Counted from the first letter of the stretch, positions 27,201 through 37,187 are shown. The stretch: 53,627 nucleotides of DNA from a virus (IMGVR_UViG_3300012984_000020:1-53627), one strand, 5' to 3'. Numbers and translations are program-made. The notes: generated by a model not told the origin, from the sequence alone.

Positions 27201-30200
27201 ACCGTGCCGACAGGCGCGAAGGCCAGCGCTGCGGCCGGCAGGACGCTGCCCGAGACCGAGCGCGTGCCGACGCGGCGCCTGGAACTGGAGACGGTCGCGG
27301 AAGAGACTGCGCATCCCGACGCGCAGCCGGACCTGTTCCACACGATGCACGCCGGCCGCACTACGCCAGCTAATTTCCAACGAGCACTAGACACCGGCGC
27401 GCTGCCGTCCACGCGGGCCACGACGCCCGCTCAACGGAAGAAGCACGCCGCAGCTGCAGCCAAGGCCCCGCTACCCGTGCCGCAGCCGCTCGCGGCGTCC
27501 AGCAACGTCGAGGAAACCAAGGCGCGGATCATGGAGTTGCAGCAGCAGATCAATAAGGTCCGCGCAGACAACCCCGTCGTCAAGGGCGAGAGCCTGAGTG
27601 TGCAGGCCGAGCAACGCAAGCAACAGACGGCGGCGTTGAAGCCGTGGCTGGAAGCTATGCGTGCTGCCGTGGCGCACCGGCGCACGTTGCTGAAGAAGGT
27701 CGGTCGTCCGAACGCCGAGGTCACAGCACCTGTGCCGACGGATGCCCAGCGCCGCGCGGCCGCGGCCGGCACCACGGCCGAGGAATACACCAAGCGCACC
27801 GGCGACAAGGTGACGCGTGTGAGCGCACGCCAGGACGAGGGCGGCATCGAGTTGACCTCGGACGCTGTGGACGAGGTCATCAGCACCGCCAAGGCCGTGC
27901 CCGGCGTCACGAACGCGGACGTGCGGGACACGTTCGACAAGGTCAGCAAGTACCGCACGGCGCGGGCCTTCTCGTCTGAGGGCAACAAGATCGTGAAGGC
28001 ACTGGAGGTGCTGGCCGACGACATGCGCGCGTTCCGGGGCAAGAACCCCGGCGGCATCATGCCGCGCAAGCACCGCGCAAGCTACAACTCGGCCGTGTTG
28101 GAGAAGGCCCACCTCGCTGCGCAGCTGAAGGAGACGCCGAGCGCCGACGCGCGCGCCACGGTGATGGCACGCCAGGATGTCGTGGACAAGCACCTCGCCT
28201 ACCTCAACCGGCAACGCACGGCGCTGGCCGCTGATCCGCAGTACCGCGAGATGCAGCGCAAGGCCGCGCTGCTGCAGCTGAAGAGCGACCTGATCGTGCA
28301 GCAGAAGGCTGCCGTCGAGGCCGCCGAGGGCTACCAGCCGGCGACGAAAGAGATCGTCAAGGCGGGTGTCGAGGAAGGTGTGCTGGAGCCGGTCGAGCCG
28401 GCCACCAAGATGGGCACCGACGAGCCAGCCACGCGCATGGCCGTCGCCAAGGCAGCCAAGCCACAGAAGACGGGCTTCCAGAGCAAGGGCGCACCGCCGA
28501 CGGCGGCCCAGGTGAAGGCGGCCGAGCGCATCACTGGCACCCGGCGGGCCACGGACGACGTGCTGCGCCAAGCAAAGGCCGAGAAGGGCGCCAAAGCAAA
28601 AGCGCTGGCTGCCGAGGCCGTTGACTGGGAAGGCGAGGGCGGCCGCGCGGCGGAGCCCCTGAACTCTGCCGAGGCCGCCAAGCTGACGCCAGCGGAGGCG
28701 CTGAAGCTGATGCAGGAGGTCGCACGTCGGCGTGCTTCGGTGCTCAACAAGGAAGAACGCGAGCACGCCCCTGCGCCGGTCACTTGGCTGACCTTGGAAG
28801 AGGCGCAGCATCTGGCTGACCGCGATCTCCAGGGCCTGCTGGATAAGCTATCAAAGACGGCCAGTTCGCCGATCGCGCGTGCACTGGCGACGAAGCTGAA
28901 GGCGCTGACCAAGGATACGAAGCTGCGCATGTACAAGGCGCTGACTGGTCCGAAGGGCGCGCAAGGCACCTTCGACACCGAGACGAACGAGATCGCTATC
29001 TACCTGTCGGGCGCATCGCAGGAGACGGTGATGCACGAGGCGGTGCACGCGGCCACGGTGCATGCGCTGCGCGCTTACGAGAAGGACTTGACGCCCGACC
29101 AGCGCAACGCACGCAAGGAGTTGAAGCGGCTGTTCGCGCTGTTGGAGAAAGACAAGGCGTTCGAGAACGAGTACGGCATGGAGGACATCTTCGAGTTCGC
29201 TTCGGAGGTCATGACCAACGAGAGCCTGCGCGCCAAGATCGATGCCAAGAAGCCGAACCTATGGCGCCGGCTGGTCAATGCGTTCATGCAGCTGTGGGGT
29301 GCGGACCCGAAGCAGGCGGCGAGCGCCGACGCGATGGCGCTGGTGGAGCGCCTGTTCCAGAACTCACGCCCGCTGACGGAGGCGGAGATCGCCGAGATCG
29401 CAGCGCTGCGTGCTGAGCATGAAGCGAAGGAAGGTCGCGGCAAGACGGTCCTGGCTGCTGCCGCCCGGCCAGCTTCATCGTCCGCCACCCCCGCACTCGA
29501 CGAGTTCAGCCGCTCGCTGACGGCCAAGCCGCGCGCTGGTGGCGTGCGTGCCTTCATGAAGGACTCCAACGCCGGCCTCGCTGCCGAGTACGCCGCGGTG
29601 GACATGCGCGCGCCGCTGATGAAGGCGCTGTCCAAGGGCGACAAGGCGCAGTACATGCAGGGCCAGTACTACATCCGCAAGGCCGACGCGCGCATGGCCC
29701 AGGTCGGCGCCTCGCTGCTCAATGGCACGCTGCAGCTGAAGAAGGACGCCAAGGGCAACCACATCGTCGAGGCCACCGGCAAGACCTCGGGCCGGGACGT
29801 GTTCGACGCGATCGACGCACTGCCCGGTGCTACGCCCGAGGCCAAGTACGCGCTGGCGCAGTCGTATCTGGTGGCGCAGCGCGCGGCCAACAAGGGCTGG
29901 GACAAGCTGGGCTGGGAGACGAGCGCTGCGAATCAGGCGCTGGGCGAGCGGGCGCTGAAAGAGGCCGACGCCAACCCGGCGCTCAAGAAGCAGCTGGAGA
30001 ACGTGCGCAAGGTCTACAACGACTACAACCAGGGCATGATCCAGTTCCTCGCGGACACCGGCGCGATCTCCAAGAAGCTGGCGAGCGATCTCACCAAGGA
30101 CGGCGACTATGTGCCGTTCTATCGCGTCGGCGAGTCCGGCGCCGCCGAGCTTGTGATGGGCGAGAACACGCACATCCGTGTCGGGGACGTGCGCAAGCAG

Positions 30201-32066
30201 CCCTACCTGCAGGAACTCAAGGGCGACGACACCAAGCTGCTGCCGCTGAGCGAAGCGATCATGCGCAACACCATGCTGCTGACCGACATGGGCCTGCGCA
30301 ATCTGGCGACCAAGAACATCGCCTACTCGCTGCAGGACATGAGCAAGGCCGCCGGCGTCAACAAGATTCGCCCAGGCAAGGCGCCAGCCGGGCCTGATGT
30401 CGTCGCATTCAAGCAGGACGGCGAGGACTACTGGATGCGCGTCACCTCGGCCAACACGCCGTTCGAGGGCATCCCGTCTGAACTGCTGGTGCAGTCGCTG
30501 GAGGGTTCGCACAGCATGCTGACTGGCATGGGCAAGGTGGCTGGTGCGTTCAGCAATCTGCTGCGCTCTGGCGTCACCCGCACGCCGGCCTACCTGCTGC
30601 GCCAACTGATCCGCGATCCGATGTCGGCGTCGTTCACGGCCGGGATCAACCGCGGGCCGGTCATGGCGATGCTGGAGTCGATGCGCGAGTTCGTCTCGCA
30701 GATGCGCGGCACGAGCGCCACGGGCAATGCGTTGCTGCGCAAGGGCGTGACCCAGAGCGGCATCTTCAACGGCACGGCCGAGGACATGGAGAAGTTCGCG
30801 CTGCAGATGGCAGGCGGCGAGCAGCCGGCCTACAAGAAGCTCTTCGCCGCGGCCGACCGCGCTGCGATGGCTGCGGACGCAGCTACGCGTGCACAAGTCT
30901 ACGACGATACGCTGCGCAAGACCGGGTCCGAGATGGAGGCTGAACTGGCCGCCATCGAGATGATGAACTTCACCAAGCGCGGCGCGAGCCCGACGGTGCA
31001 GTACGCCACGCGGATGATCCCGTTCATGAACGCGCAGATTCAGTCGCTCAATGTGCTCGCCAAGGCGTTCCGTGGTAACGCCACGATGGAGGAGAAGCTG
31101 CAGATCAAGCAGAAGTTCTTCAAGAACGCAATGGGGCTTGCCGCCTTCTCGCTGGTCTACGCCGCGGGTATGGAGGACGACGAGGACTACAAGAACGCCT
31201 CGGCGTTCGAGCGCATGAGCAACTTCTTTCTGCCGACGCCGGGCGGGACCATCAAGGTGCCGATCCCGTACGAGGTGGGCTTCTTGTTCAAAGTGCTGCC
31301 CGAGATGATGATGCGCGGGCTCCAGGGCAAGCTCGACACGACCGACTGGGAGGCGTTCCGCGGCAGCCTGCTGGGCATGGTCCCCGGCGGCACGAGCATG
31401 GGCATGCCACAGATGATCGCGCCGGTCCTGCAGTCGGTGTCCAACCGGGACGCGTTCGGCAACAAGATCGAGACCGAGGAGCAGCTGAAGCTCGCCAAGG
31501 GTGAGCGCCGCAGCGACACCACGTCCGAGGCGGCTGTCGCGCTGTCCGGCCTGATGAGCGCCGTGCTGCCCGAGTCGATGCAGCTAAGCGGGCCGAAGAT
31601 CGAGCATCTGGTGCGCGGCTACGTCGGCGGCTTCCCGGTGGCCGTCGCCGGCATGGTCGATCAGTTCCTGCCCGACAGCAACAAGCCCGAGCGCATGGCT
31701 TCCCAGAACCCGATCTACGGCGCATTCGTTCCCAAGAACGTCGGCACCGGGCCGGTCTCCAGCGGCTACGCGGCGCTGAACAGCATCGAGCAGGTGAACG
31801 CCACGCTGGCGCATCTGCGCGAGGAGGAGCCCGAGCGGGCCGAGGCGTACGCCCAGGAGCACGTCGGCGAGATCAGCGCCAAGGGCGCGGCCGACGCCTT
31901 CAAGCAGCAGCTGAAGGGGCTCAAGGAGCAGCAGAAAGGCATCATGCAGGACAAGGCGATGCTGGCGGCCGACAAGCGCAAGGCTATCGACGATCTCGCC
32001 CGGCTGCGCAACACGCTGGCGCGGGACTTCACGGAGAACGTGAGGGCGTTGGCTACTTCACCGTGA
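24219..32066 (+). CDS. Giant (2615 aa) polyvalent ejection protein with a zincin-like HExxH domain and LPD38-like C-terminus
   Basis: Glycine-zipper N-region, long coiled coils, 'VMHEAVHAAT...EFASE' at about 29030, C-terminal 'IPFMNAQIQ...KVPIPYEVG..FK..PE'. Confidence 0.75.
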   Translation: MPTYHLTAPNGRTYRMQGPPGLSQDDVIDHVLKLDPEAGKAPPAPKTGLGAAFQSGAENMWSSGKAAVKGLFGDTQEAAAEALAAEKLQQQKYDPQIGLERLGKVYDEKGLLAAGSELIGQAGRGIAQSLPEMGGMAAGARLGAMAGSAIAPGVGTVIGGIGGGILGGLLPQTGRNLATQQEATPGQVSYGKAAAAGTAQAALEEVAPMLLMGKRVAGKLFGDDIAQVIGKLGPEAAEKVAARRLSTTVARGAAEGAAGEATTEVMQQALERLQAGQPLLDSEALKAYGEAAYGGAIAGAPLSGAGQAWDRAGAQRQVADTEQAAQQAQAAQQAQAQTAAEQAAAQAEEERRARPEYAAKVAEDYAAYEQQKKALLAQRKALLAEKTDAGYAAAKDVEAALREHVAQGKPLLAEFNAAFTTPEARAAALAGPAAVVAPPGAPEGMLFQPEGNPQQGQRIQELQAQIAEYEDTLPKEEALAQEMMRQDKLDQALAAGETLAARAKAHKEAQKELYKLAPALKADAKTAAAAAATADAEAQTLQALNTEQTQGQITALTSQIAKLMKSANTKQLPKVAEAKAEIERLQGLLDAQAQQRNAGYDENLFQLDERLQGEEKQLEGEWNAAADAHDRGKRVQAVADRRLEKHADAFSADLAAEDEAADRAAAAQATEQGFANMFATKERSGMLDALAKDTSEDARLLRAMGKPLRGEGGAIVESLANLPADKRPDAARALQSHAKEVVKALHADLAQARKTGDTERAQGFIEAIRSVAAMQKETQGRAHYMADFYNLTAPLVKGVVRGAQDVVGTPAPEAGTESARRASAGHHYQVMQDLEKRYAGVKGLRETTAMQQVADEGTEVHEPLPEEGLSKETMPVAPAAEQGNVARADEQGQGRLFIPEAGPAPTADTPRQLLRQRVDKLLAMPGLTGHARVRLKQAADILGSAAPHAADIAQPRPKGIHKDVVMAPKTVSKAQLAQITNMVEQAEKGGGRPGTVPTGAKASAAAGRTLPETERVPTRRLELETVAEETAHPDAQPDLFHTMHAGRTTPANFQRALDTGALPSTRATTPAQRKKHAAAAAKAPLPVPQPLAASSNVEETKARIMELQQQINKVRADNPVVKGESLSVQAEQRKQQTAALKPWLEAMRAAVAHRRTLLKKVGRPNAEVTAPVPTDAQRRAAAAGTTAEEYTKRTGDKVTRVSARQDEGGIELTSDAVDEVISTAKAVPGVTNADVRDTFDKVSKYRTARAFSSEGNKIVKALEVLADDMRAFRGKNPGGIMPRKHRASYNSAVLEKAHLAAQLKETPSADARATVMARQDVVDKHLAYLNRQRTALAADPQYREMQRKAALLQLKSDLIVQQKAAVEAAEGYQPATKEIVKAGVEEGVLEPVEPATKMGTDEPATRMAVAKAAKPQKTGFQSKGAPPTAAQVKAAERITGTRRATDDVLRQAKAEKGAKAKALAAEAVDWEGEGGRAAEPLNSAEAAKLTPAEALKLMQEVARRRASVLNKEEREHAPAPVTWLTLEEAQHLADRDLQGLLDKLSKTASSPIARALATKLKALTKDTKLRMYKALTGPKGAQGTFDTETNEIAIYLSGASQETVMHEAVHAATVHALRAYEKDLTPDQRNARKELKRLFALLEKDKAFENEYGMEDIFEFASEVMTNESLRAKIDAKKPNLWRRLVNAFMQLWGADPKQAASADAMALVERLFQNSRPLTEAEIAEIAALRAEHEAKEGRGKTVLAAAARPASSSATPALDEFSRSLTAKPRAGGVRAFMKDSNAGLAAEYAAVDMRAPLMKALSKGDKAQYMQGQYYIRKADARMAQVGASLLNGTLQLKKDAKGNHIVEATGKTSGRDVFDAIDALPGATPEAKYALAQSYLVAQRAANKGWDKLGWETSAANQALGERALKEADANPALKKQLENVRKVYNDYNQGMIQFLADTGAISKKLASDLTKDGDYVPFYRVGESGAAELVMGENTHIRVGDVRKQPYLQELKGDDTKLLPLSEAIMRNTMLLTDMGLRNLATKNIAYSLQDMSKAAGVNKIRPGKAPAGPDVVAFKQDGEDYWMRVTSANTPFEGIPSELLVQSLEGSHSMLTGMGKVAGAFSNLLRSGVTRTPAYLLRQLIRDPMSASFTAGINRGPVMAMLESMREFVSQMRGTSATGNALLRKGVTQSGIFNGTAEDMEKFALQMAGGEQPAYKKLFAAADRAAMAADAATRAQVYDDTLRKTGSEMEAELAAIEMMNFTKRGASPTVQYATRMIPFMNAQIQSLNVLAKAFRGNATMEEKLQIKQKFFKNAMGLAAFSLVYAAGMEDDEDYKNASAFERMSNFFLPTPGGTIKVPIPYEVGFLFKVLPEMMMRGLQGKLDTTDWEAFRGSLLGMVPGGTSMGMPQMIAPVLQSVSNRDAFGNKIETEEQLKLAKGERRSDTTSEAAVALSGLMSAVLPESMQLSGPKIEHLVRGYVGGFPVAVAGMVDQFLPDSNKPERMASQNPIYGAFVPKNVGTGPVSSGYAALNSIEQVNATLAHLREEEPERAEAYAQEHVGEISAKGAADAFKQQLKGLKEQQKGIMQDKAMLAADKRKAIDDLARLRNTLARDFTENVRALATSP

Positions 32067-32295
32067 ACATCACCCCGAGCATGCCTTTGAAGATGCAGGC
32101 TCGGGCCTTCACGTTGATGCGCCGTCCAGGCGTTTCCCGGGCCGTACGGAGCCCTTCGGCCATCAGGACATAGGGCGACAAGGTCGGGACGAAAAAAGAG
32201 CCCACAGCCCGCTGGTGCCACAGCCAGCCGTGGGTTGACGCCACGCCCAGGCGCCGCCCCCTATGAGGCGTGGGCCGGGGCGTTGGTCGAGGCAT
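32053..32295 (-). CDS. Small hypothetical protein
   Basis: 'GSFFVPTL...GMLGVMF'; overlaps the primase end and, convergently, the giant gene stop. Confidence 0.5.
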   Translation of the reverse strand: MPRPTPRPTPHRGRRLGVASTHGWLWHQRAVGSFFVPTLSPYVLMAEGLRTARETPGRRINVKARACIFKGMLGVMFTVK

Positions 32296-35182
32296 AGATG
32301 ATCTGCAGGCAGCGGGTGGTGCTGGCTGCCATTGACGTGCCGCGGAACAGGTCGATCGCCCGCTCCTGCACGACGGCGTTGTGGGACAGGTCGTCCTTCA
32401 ACGCGGTGTAGCTCCAGTTGCGCATGCTGCAGTACTTCTTCAGCGCCGTCACATCCAGATAGGTGCAGACCTGTCCTGGGCTCATCTCCAGTTCGATGCG
32501 CCCCACGACCTTGCCGCGCGCCGAGTCCGGCAGCGCGATGCTCAGCCCGTTGTTGGAGATCGAGCTTGCGACCGAGCCAGCCTTGCCCACCTTCACGAAC
32601 ATGCCATTGAACTCGCGCAGGAAGCTGGAGACCACATCGTTGGCCGTCATCAGGTTGGAGTCGATCAGGCTGCGGGTCCGCTCGATAAGCCCCGTCAAGA
32701 ACGCCATCACGCGCCGCACGTCGATCGCGCAGATGTTGGCGAACTTCGGACCCAGCAGGGTCGCGGCGGTGATGATCGCGGCGCAGCCGGCCACCCAGTA
32801 GCGCTCGGAATCAATCGCGTTGATCTGCTTGCGCCAGCCGTCCAAGACGGTGGCGAACAGCGCCTTGGCACGCGACATATTGCGCACCAGCCAGTCGGCG
32901 AACATCGGGCCGGCGTGCCCGTAGTTGCTGTTGAGCAGCTGCATGATGTCGCGCTCGTGCTCGTTGAAGTCGATCTTGGTCTCGCAGCGCCACTCAAGGA
33001 AGCGCTGCACCTCGCCGTTGCTGGAGGTGTCCCTGGCGCCGAGCATGTGCTCCAGCACCGGGCTGTTGCTGGTGATGAAGGCCAGCCCGTTCCACGTCAT
33101 GTTGTCGTTCAACTCGGCATTGGCGCTGCTGGAGCCCTTCAGCTTGTGTTGGCCCTGCGCATAGTCGAACAGGAACTTCGGTATCCACTCCATCTCGGTC
33201 GAGCGGTTCTTGGCCGTCACTTCATCCACCAGCAGGGGCAGGCCGCCTAGCAGGCCAGCGCGCTGCAGCATGGTGTTCTCGGACGTGTTGGGCACCACGA
33301 TCAGGCGCTTGCCGCCCCAGGTGCTACGCGCGATTGACAGCGCCAGGGACTTGCCCACGCCGGACTCGCGCGATGTCGCATGGAAGGTCATCGCGTCGGC
33401 GCCGTTGTTCGCCCAGGCCATCAGGGGCGAGGCGAAGCCGATCAGCGCCAGGGACACCACGTCGTAGCAGCCCTTGTTGCACAGCATGGTCAGCACGCGC
33501 TGCCAGTTGCTGAAGGTGCCGGCGGGCTGCATGCCCTCGATCAGATTGTTCAGGCGATTGGACACGAACGTGTACTCGCCGGCCGGCGAGAGGATGCGCT
33601 CGCCGCAGGCGAAACTCTCGTCCGGCTGCCACCCGTATTTGGCTGGCACGCGCAGCGAGGTGTTGGCGGTGCTGGCTTCCATCGCGCAGGCGCGGACGTA
33701 GTTGAAGACGTGCACGTCGTTGCCGGCGCCGAAGGCCGCGAAGATGTTCTGCTTCGCCAGTTCCTTGATGGTGTCGTCCTTGCTCGCCAGCGCGCGCATC
33801 GGTATGGCGATGAAGTGCTGCTCGGTGGCGCTCACCACACGGCAGAAGCGCGCGCAATAGGAGTCGTCCTCTTGCATGACGCTGTGCAGGTAGAAGATGA
33901 ACGGGATGATCGGGATCAGGTCGTTGCCGTCGTCGTTGCTGACGGTGCGGCAGGTGGCGGTCTTGCTGAAAGCGAAGCCCGAGGGCAGCGCAGGCAGCGC
34001 TGGCGTGGTGGCCGTGGCCGCGATCGGGGCCGGCAGGGGGATGGCCCGGCCGATCGGCAGCGGGTTGGTGATCTTGCCAGCGTGCGGGCAGCCGGCGCAG
34101 CCGCCCGGGTTGATGGAGTCGATGGCGCTGCAGGACAGCGGCCCCTTCAGTTCGGCCCACTTCTTCTGAAAGCGCTCCTCGGTGTACGGGTGCCACGAAC
34201 TGATCTCGCGGCCGGCGGTCTCGCCCTCGGTGGTGCACTTCGCCAGGGACAGCATCGCGCGCCACATAGGCTCCATGCCGTCGGCCGCCGCGTTCTGTGC
34301 GAAGTAGCGGACCTGCGCGCACCCGTTGCCGTCGGCCGCCAACGATCGCTGCAGTAGCTTGTCGAAGCTGCTGTCTACGTGCTGCACCAGGGCCTTGCCT
34401 ACGGCGGGTGCATCAGCAGCCACGGGTGGCTTGCCGGGCAGCGCCAGCGCATTCGCCACGGGCCGCTTGCCGGGGATGCCGTTGACGATCGAGGTCTGCG
34501 TCAGCGCGTGGTTGCCGTTGATCGGCGCGAAGGCGCCAAGCTCGGACATCTGGGGCAGTAGCGCATCGATGTCGTCGAACTCGAACACGTCGCCAGCCTG
34601 CTTCACCGAGGCCGGCTTCGGCGGGTCGTACTTCTGGTTCATCGTGCCGGGCATGCGCATCACGCGCGCGGCGTCGGCGGTGACTGGCGCATCGATCAGC
34701 AACTTGTGCTTGACTGCGGTGCGTTTCAGGCGCTCAGCCAGCGGCTGCCACTCGGCCACCGGGATGTCCTCGCTCAGCGGCCAGTAGACATGCACGCCAC
34801 CGCCCGAGTCGATCAGCCACGGCTGGCCTAGCTTGTCCAGGCCGGTCTCCTGCAGGAACTCGTGCAGCGCCGCGACGGCCTCGCGCTTGGTCTTGTAGAT
34901 GGCGCGCTTGCCGTCCTTGGTCCGGCCTGTCTCGCTGATGTCGAGATCGAAGAAGAAGCTGCGCAGATACTCGGCATTGGCAACGGTGCGGCTGCCGCGC
35001 TCGGCGAAACTGGCCGTGGCGAAGTAGGTGTTGAACCCGTCGGCGTCGAAGATGCGGGCCTTCTCGATGGCCTCGCTGATGCTGGTGACGTATCTGTGCT
35101 GCTTGTACTTGGTTGAAATCTCGCAGATGCAGTAGAAGCCGGTGGAAGGCAGGACGGCCGTCAGGAAGCTACGCGCGTCCAT
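32261..35182 (-). CDS. AEP-type primase fused to a DUF927-like helicase
   Basis: AEP motifs 'FFDLDI', 'DSGGGVHVYW', 'ARVMRMPGT'; Cys cluster 'CAGCPH'; Walker A 'SGVGKS' and Walker B 'LLVDE'. Confidence 0.85.
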   Translation of the reverse strand: MDARSFLTAVLPSTGFYCICEISTKYKQHRYVTSISEAIEKARIFDADGFNTYFATASFAERGSRTVANAEYLRSFFFDLDISETGRTKDGKRAIYKTKREAVAALHEFLQETGLDKLGQPWLIDSGGGVHVYWPLSEDIPVAEWQPLAERLKRTAVKHKLLIDAPVTADAARVMRMPGTMNQKYDPPKPASVKQAGDVFEFDDIDALLPQMSELGAFAPINGNHALTQTSIVNGIPGKRPVANALALPGKPPVAADAPAVGKALVQHVDSSFDKLLQRSLAADGNGCAQVRYFAQNAAADGMEPMWRAMLSLAKCTTEGETAGREISSWHPYTEERFQKKWAELKGPLSCSAIDSINPGGCAGCPHAGKITNPLPIGRAIPLPAPIAATATTPALPALPSGFAFSKTATCRTVSNDDGNDLIPIIPFIFYLHSVMQEDDSYCARFCRVVSATEQHFIAIPMRALASKDDTIKELAKQNIFAAFGAGNDVHVFNYVRACAMEASTANTSLRVPAKYGWQPDESFACGERILSPAGEYTFVSNRLNNLIEGMQPAGTFSNWQRVLTMLCNKGCYDVVSLALIGFASPLMAWANNGADAMTFHATSRESGVGKSLALSIARSTWGGKRLIVVPNTSENTMLQRAGLLGGLPLLVDEVTAKNRSTEMEWIPKFLFDYAQGQHKLKGSSSANAELNDNMTWNGLAFITSNSPVLEHMLGARDTSSNGEVQRFLEWRCETKIDFNEHERDIMQLLNSNYGHAGPMFADWLVRNMSRAKALFATVLDGWRKQINAIDSERYWVAGCAAIITAATLLGPKFANICAIDVRRVMAFLTGLIERTRSLIDSNLMTANDVVSSFLREFNGMFVKVGKAGSVASSISNNGLSIALPDSARGKVVGRIELEMSPGQVCTYLDVTALKKYCSMRNWSYTALKDDLSHNAVVQERAIDLFRGTSMAASTTRCLQIIYASTNAPAHAS

Positions 35183-35384
35183 AGGGCTTGCCCTCGGGAA
35201 CTGCTGCGGGGACATGGCGATCAGCCACGTACGGATTTTTCCAGCTGCGCTTTGCGTGCTTACTCAGCCTATCTACGGCGTTCAGCTGCCACTCCAGCGG
35301 CAGCGGGCCGTTCAAGAGTTCGGCGTCTGCGATGCGGATGAACTCTTCGTCGGAGATGCTGTGGGGATTTGGAAGGCTTGACAT
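35169..35384 (-). CDS. Hypothetical protein
   Basis: 71-aa ORF overlapping the primase start; 'SISDEEFIR...LPLEWQ'. Confidence 0.55.
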   Translation of the reverse strand: MSSLPNPHSISDEEFIRIADAELLNGPLPLEWQLNAVDRLSKHAKRSWKNPYVADRHVPAAVPEGKPYGRA

Positions 35385-35635
35385 GCTTGGCTCCAGGCAG
35401 CGGCCGCGGTGGGCGCTTCGGTCAGGATGGTGGTCAGGCGAGTCACAGCGCTGCGGTAGGCGTTGGACACTTGGTTCCCGTAGAACCAGCTGTAGATCGT
35501 GGCGCGGGTGGCGCCGGTCAGCTTGGCGATGCGCACGATCGGGAAGTCCAGGCGGATGGCGGCGCGGCCCAGCTGGGGGCCGAGCGTGTCGCCGCCCGTC
35601 TTCACGGCATCACGGACGTGTTTGCGGTATTTCAT
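35312..35635 (-). CDS. Helix-turn-helix protein
   Basis: 'IVRIAKLTGATRATIYSWFYG' HTH signature. Confidence 0.7.
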   Translation of the reverse strand: MKYRKHVRDAVKTGGDTLGPQLGRAAIRLDFPIVRIAKLTGATRATIYSWFYGNQVSNAYRSAVTRLTTILTEAPTAAAAWSQACQAFQIPTASPTKSSSASQTPNS

Positions 35636-35646
35636 GGGGGTTCCAA

Positions 35647-35666
35647 GCCCCCGCCGAAGCGGGGGC
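35647..35666 (-). terminator. UUCG hairpin after the SSB gene (weak terminator or stabiliser)
   Basis: GCCCCCGC-TTCG-GCGGGGGC on the minus strand; poor U-tract. Confidence 0.5.
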
Positions 35667-35675
35667 ATAGAGGGA

Positions 35676-36725
35676 CTAATCGTCCCAGGCGTCGAGGATG
35701 TCGGCCAGCGCGCCGGTGGCGACGGCCGGCGGCTCAGCCGGGCCAGATGCCTTCAGCACGGGTTCCGGCTCGGGCGCCGGTGCCGGGGCGGGCGTCTGGG
35801 CAGCGCCAGCAGCACCGTTGGAGGCAGCGGCCGGCGTGCGGCGGCGCTTCGGCGGGGCGGCCGGCGGCTCGGCCGGCTCAGCAGCAGGTGCAGGCGCTGC
35901 AGCGCGGCGCGGCGGCGGTGCGGGCGGCTCTTCCTCCTCGACCGGGGCAGGCGCCGGCTTCGGCGCGGCTGCAGGACGCTGGCCGGGCATGTTGGCCGGG
36001 GCCGTCACACCATCCATCGCGGCCGGCGTCAGCATGATCGCCTTCTGGGCCTCGGCGCTGGCGCCGGCTTCGCGGCACAGGTCGAACTCGTCCTGCTCCA
36101 GCCAGCGCATCGCCTTGAAGAACAGCTTGGGCGACTCGCTCTTGGTGTCGAACTTCAGGCGCGTCACCAGCATGGTCGGGTCGATGCCCTGCGCGGTCAG
36201 CCAGCGTGCGTACTCCTGCAGCGGCCGGTTGTCGCCGTCGGCCTTGCCGAACAGGCTCAGCGCGGGCAGGCTCAGCTGCATCACGTCGCCTTCCAGATCG
36301 TTCGCCAGCACGATTGCAACGCGTTGGGAGTAGCGGCATGCACGGCTGTCGCCTTGGCCCGAGCCCTTGACGTTCTGCGGGCAGGTGGCGCAGCTGGCCG
36401 ACTGCTTGTGCGGCGAGGCCGGATCGGGCACGTCGCCGTTCTGGCTCTGGCAGTCGGGCGCGGCCGGGTTCTCGGGATCGTACTTCGCCATGTAGAAGGT
36501 GCGGCTCACCTTCGGCGCGGCGGCCACGATGACGACATCGAGGTAGCGCTCCTCGATCGCAGCAAGCTCCTTGCCTTCCACGATCAGTCGGAACACGCCG
36601 CCCTTGATGGACAGGCGCGGGCCGGTTTGCCCGCCGCCGGCCAGGGCCAGGGCAGTTGCGGAGATACCCACCGTGCGCAGGTGCGCCGGCAGTTGTCCAG
36701 GGTTGAAAACGGCTACTTGGTTCAC
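35676..36725 (-). CDS. Single-stranded DNA-binding protein (putative)
   Basis: 'RLSIKGGVFR', 'CATCPQNVKGSG..SRACR', Pro/Ala linker, acidic aromatic tail 'ILDAWDD'. Confidence 0.7.
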   Translation of the reverse strand: MNQVAVFNPGQLPAHLRTVGISATALALAGGGQTGPRLSIKGGVFRLIVEGKELAAIEERYLDVVIVAAAPKVSRTFYMAKYDPENPAAPDCQSQNGDVPDPASPHKQSASCATCPQNVKGSGQGDSRACRYSQRVAIVLANDLEGDVMQLSLPALSLFGKADGDNRPLQEYARWLTAQGIDPTMLVTRLKFDTKSESPKLFFKAMRWLEQDEFDLCREAGASAEAQKAIMLTPAAMDGVTAPANMPGQRPAAAPKPAPAPVEEEEPPAPPPRRAAAPAPAAEPAEPPAAPPKRRRTPAAASNGAAGAAQTPAPAPAPEPEPVLKASGPAEPPAVATGALADILDAWDD

Positions 36726-36752
36726 TTGCTTTTCTCCAGGGTGAGTGACTGC

Positions 36753-37187
36753 CTACTTGGCAGTGGGGCGGCGCACGGTAACGGTGATCTCCGAAACCGA
36801 ACTGAGTCCCGGCGGCGCTGCGTCGGGGTGATTTTCGAGGTAGGTCTGCATGTTCCCTTGGGCCACACGCTTCTCCAGCAGGGCCACGTCGCCGGTGGCG
36901 ATGACGAACTTGCCGAAGGCGTCCCAGTCGTCAGCGTAATATCGCGTCTTCTGGCCGAGCATGATCGTGCCGTGGGTTGTCTTCACGGAAGTGATGTCGG
37001 GGCCGAGCGCCTTGACCTGATCCTTCATGGCGCCAGTGACAGTCGCCATCTGCAGCTTGACGTTCTCGACCTCGCTCTCGTAGACGCGCGTCAGTTCCTG
37101 TACGTGGTCGCGCATCTTGATGTACATCTTCGCCAGTCGGTCGAGCGGTATCTCGACAGCAGCGACGGGGGTTTGTTCTTCACTCAT
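36753..37187 (-). CDS. Replication-module protein of unknown function
   Basis: 'YIKMRD...SVKTTHGT...DWDAF...LLEKRV...PPGL'; AAGGAG SD. Confidence 0.7.
   Translation of the reverse strand: MSEEQTPVAAVEIPLDRLAKMYIKMRDHVQELTRVYESEVENVKLQMATVTGAMKDQVKALGPDITSVKTTHGTIMLGQKTRYYADDWDAFGKFVIATGDVALLEKRVAQGNMQTYLENHPDAAPPGLSSVSEITVTVRRPTAK

Noticed and set aside
1-32066. Genome-wide TAG reassignment
   Set aside because: Conserved genes are full length in the standard code and genes after TAG have their own SD and start. Only occasional read-through remains possible.
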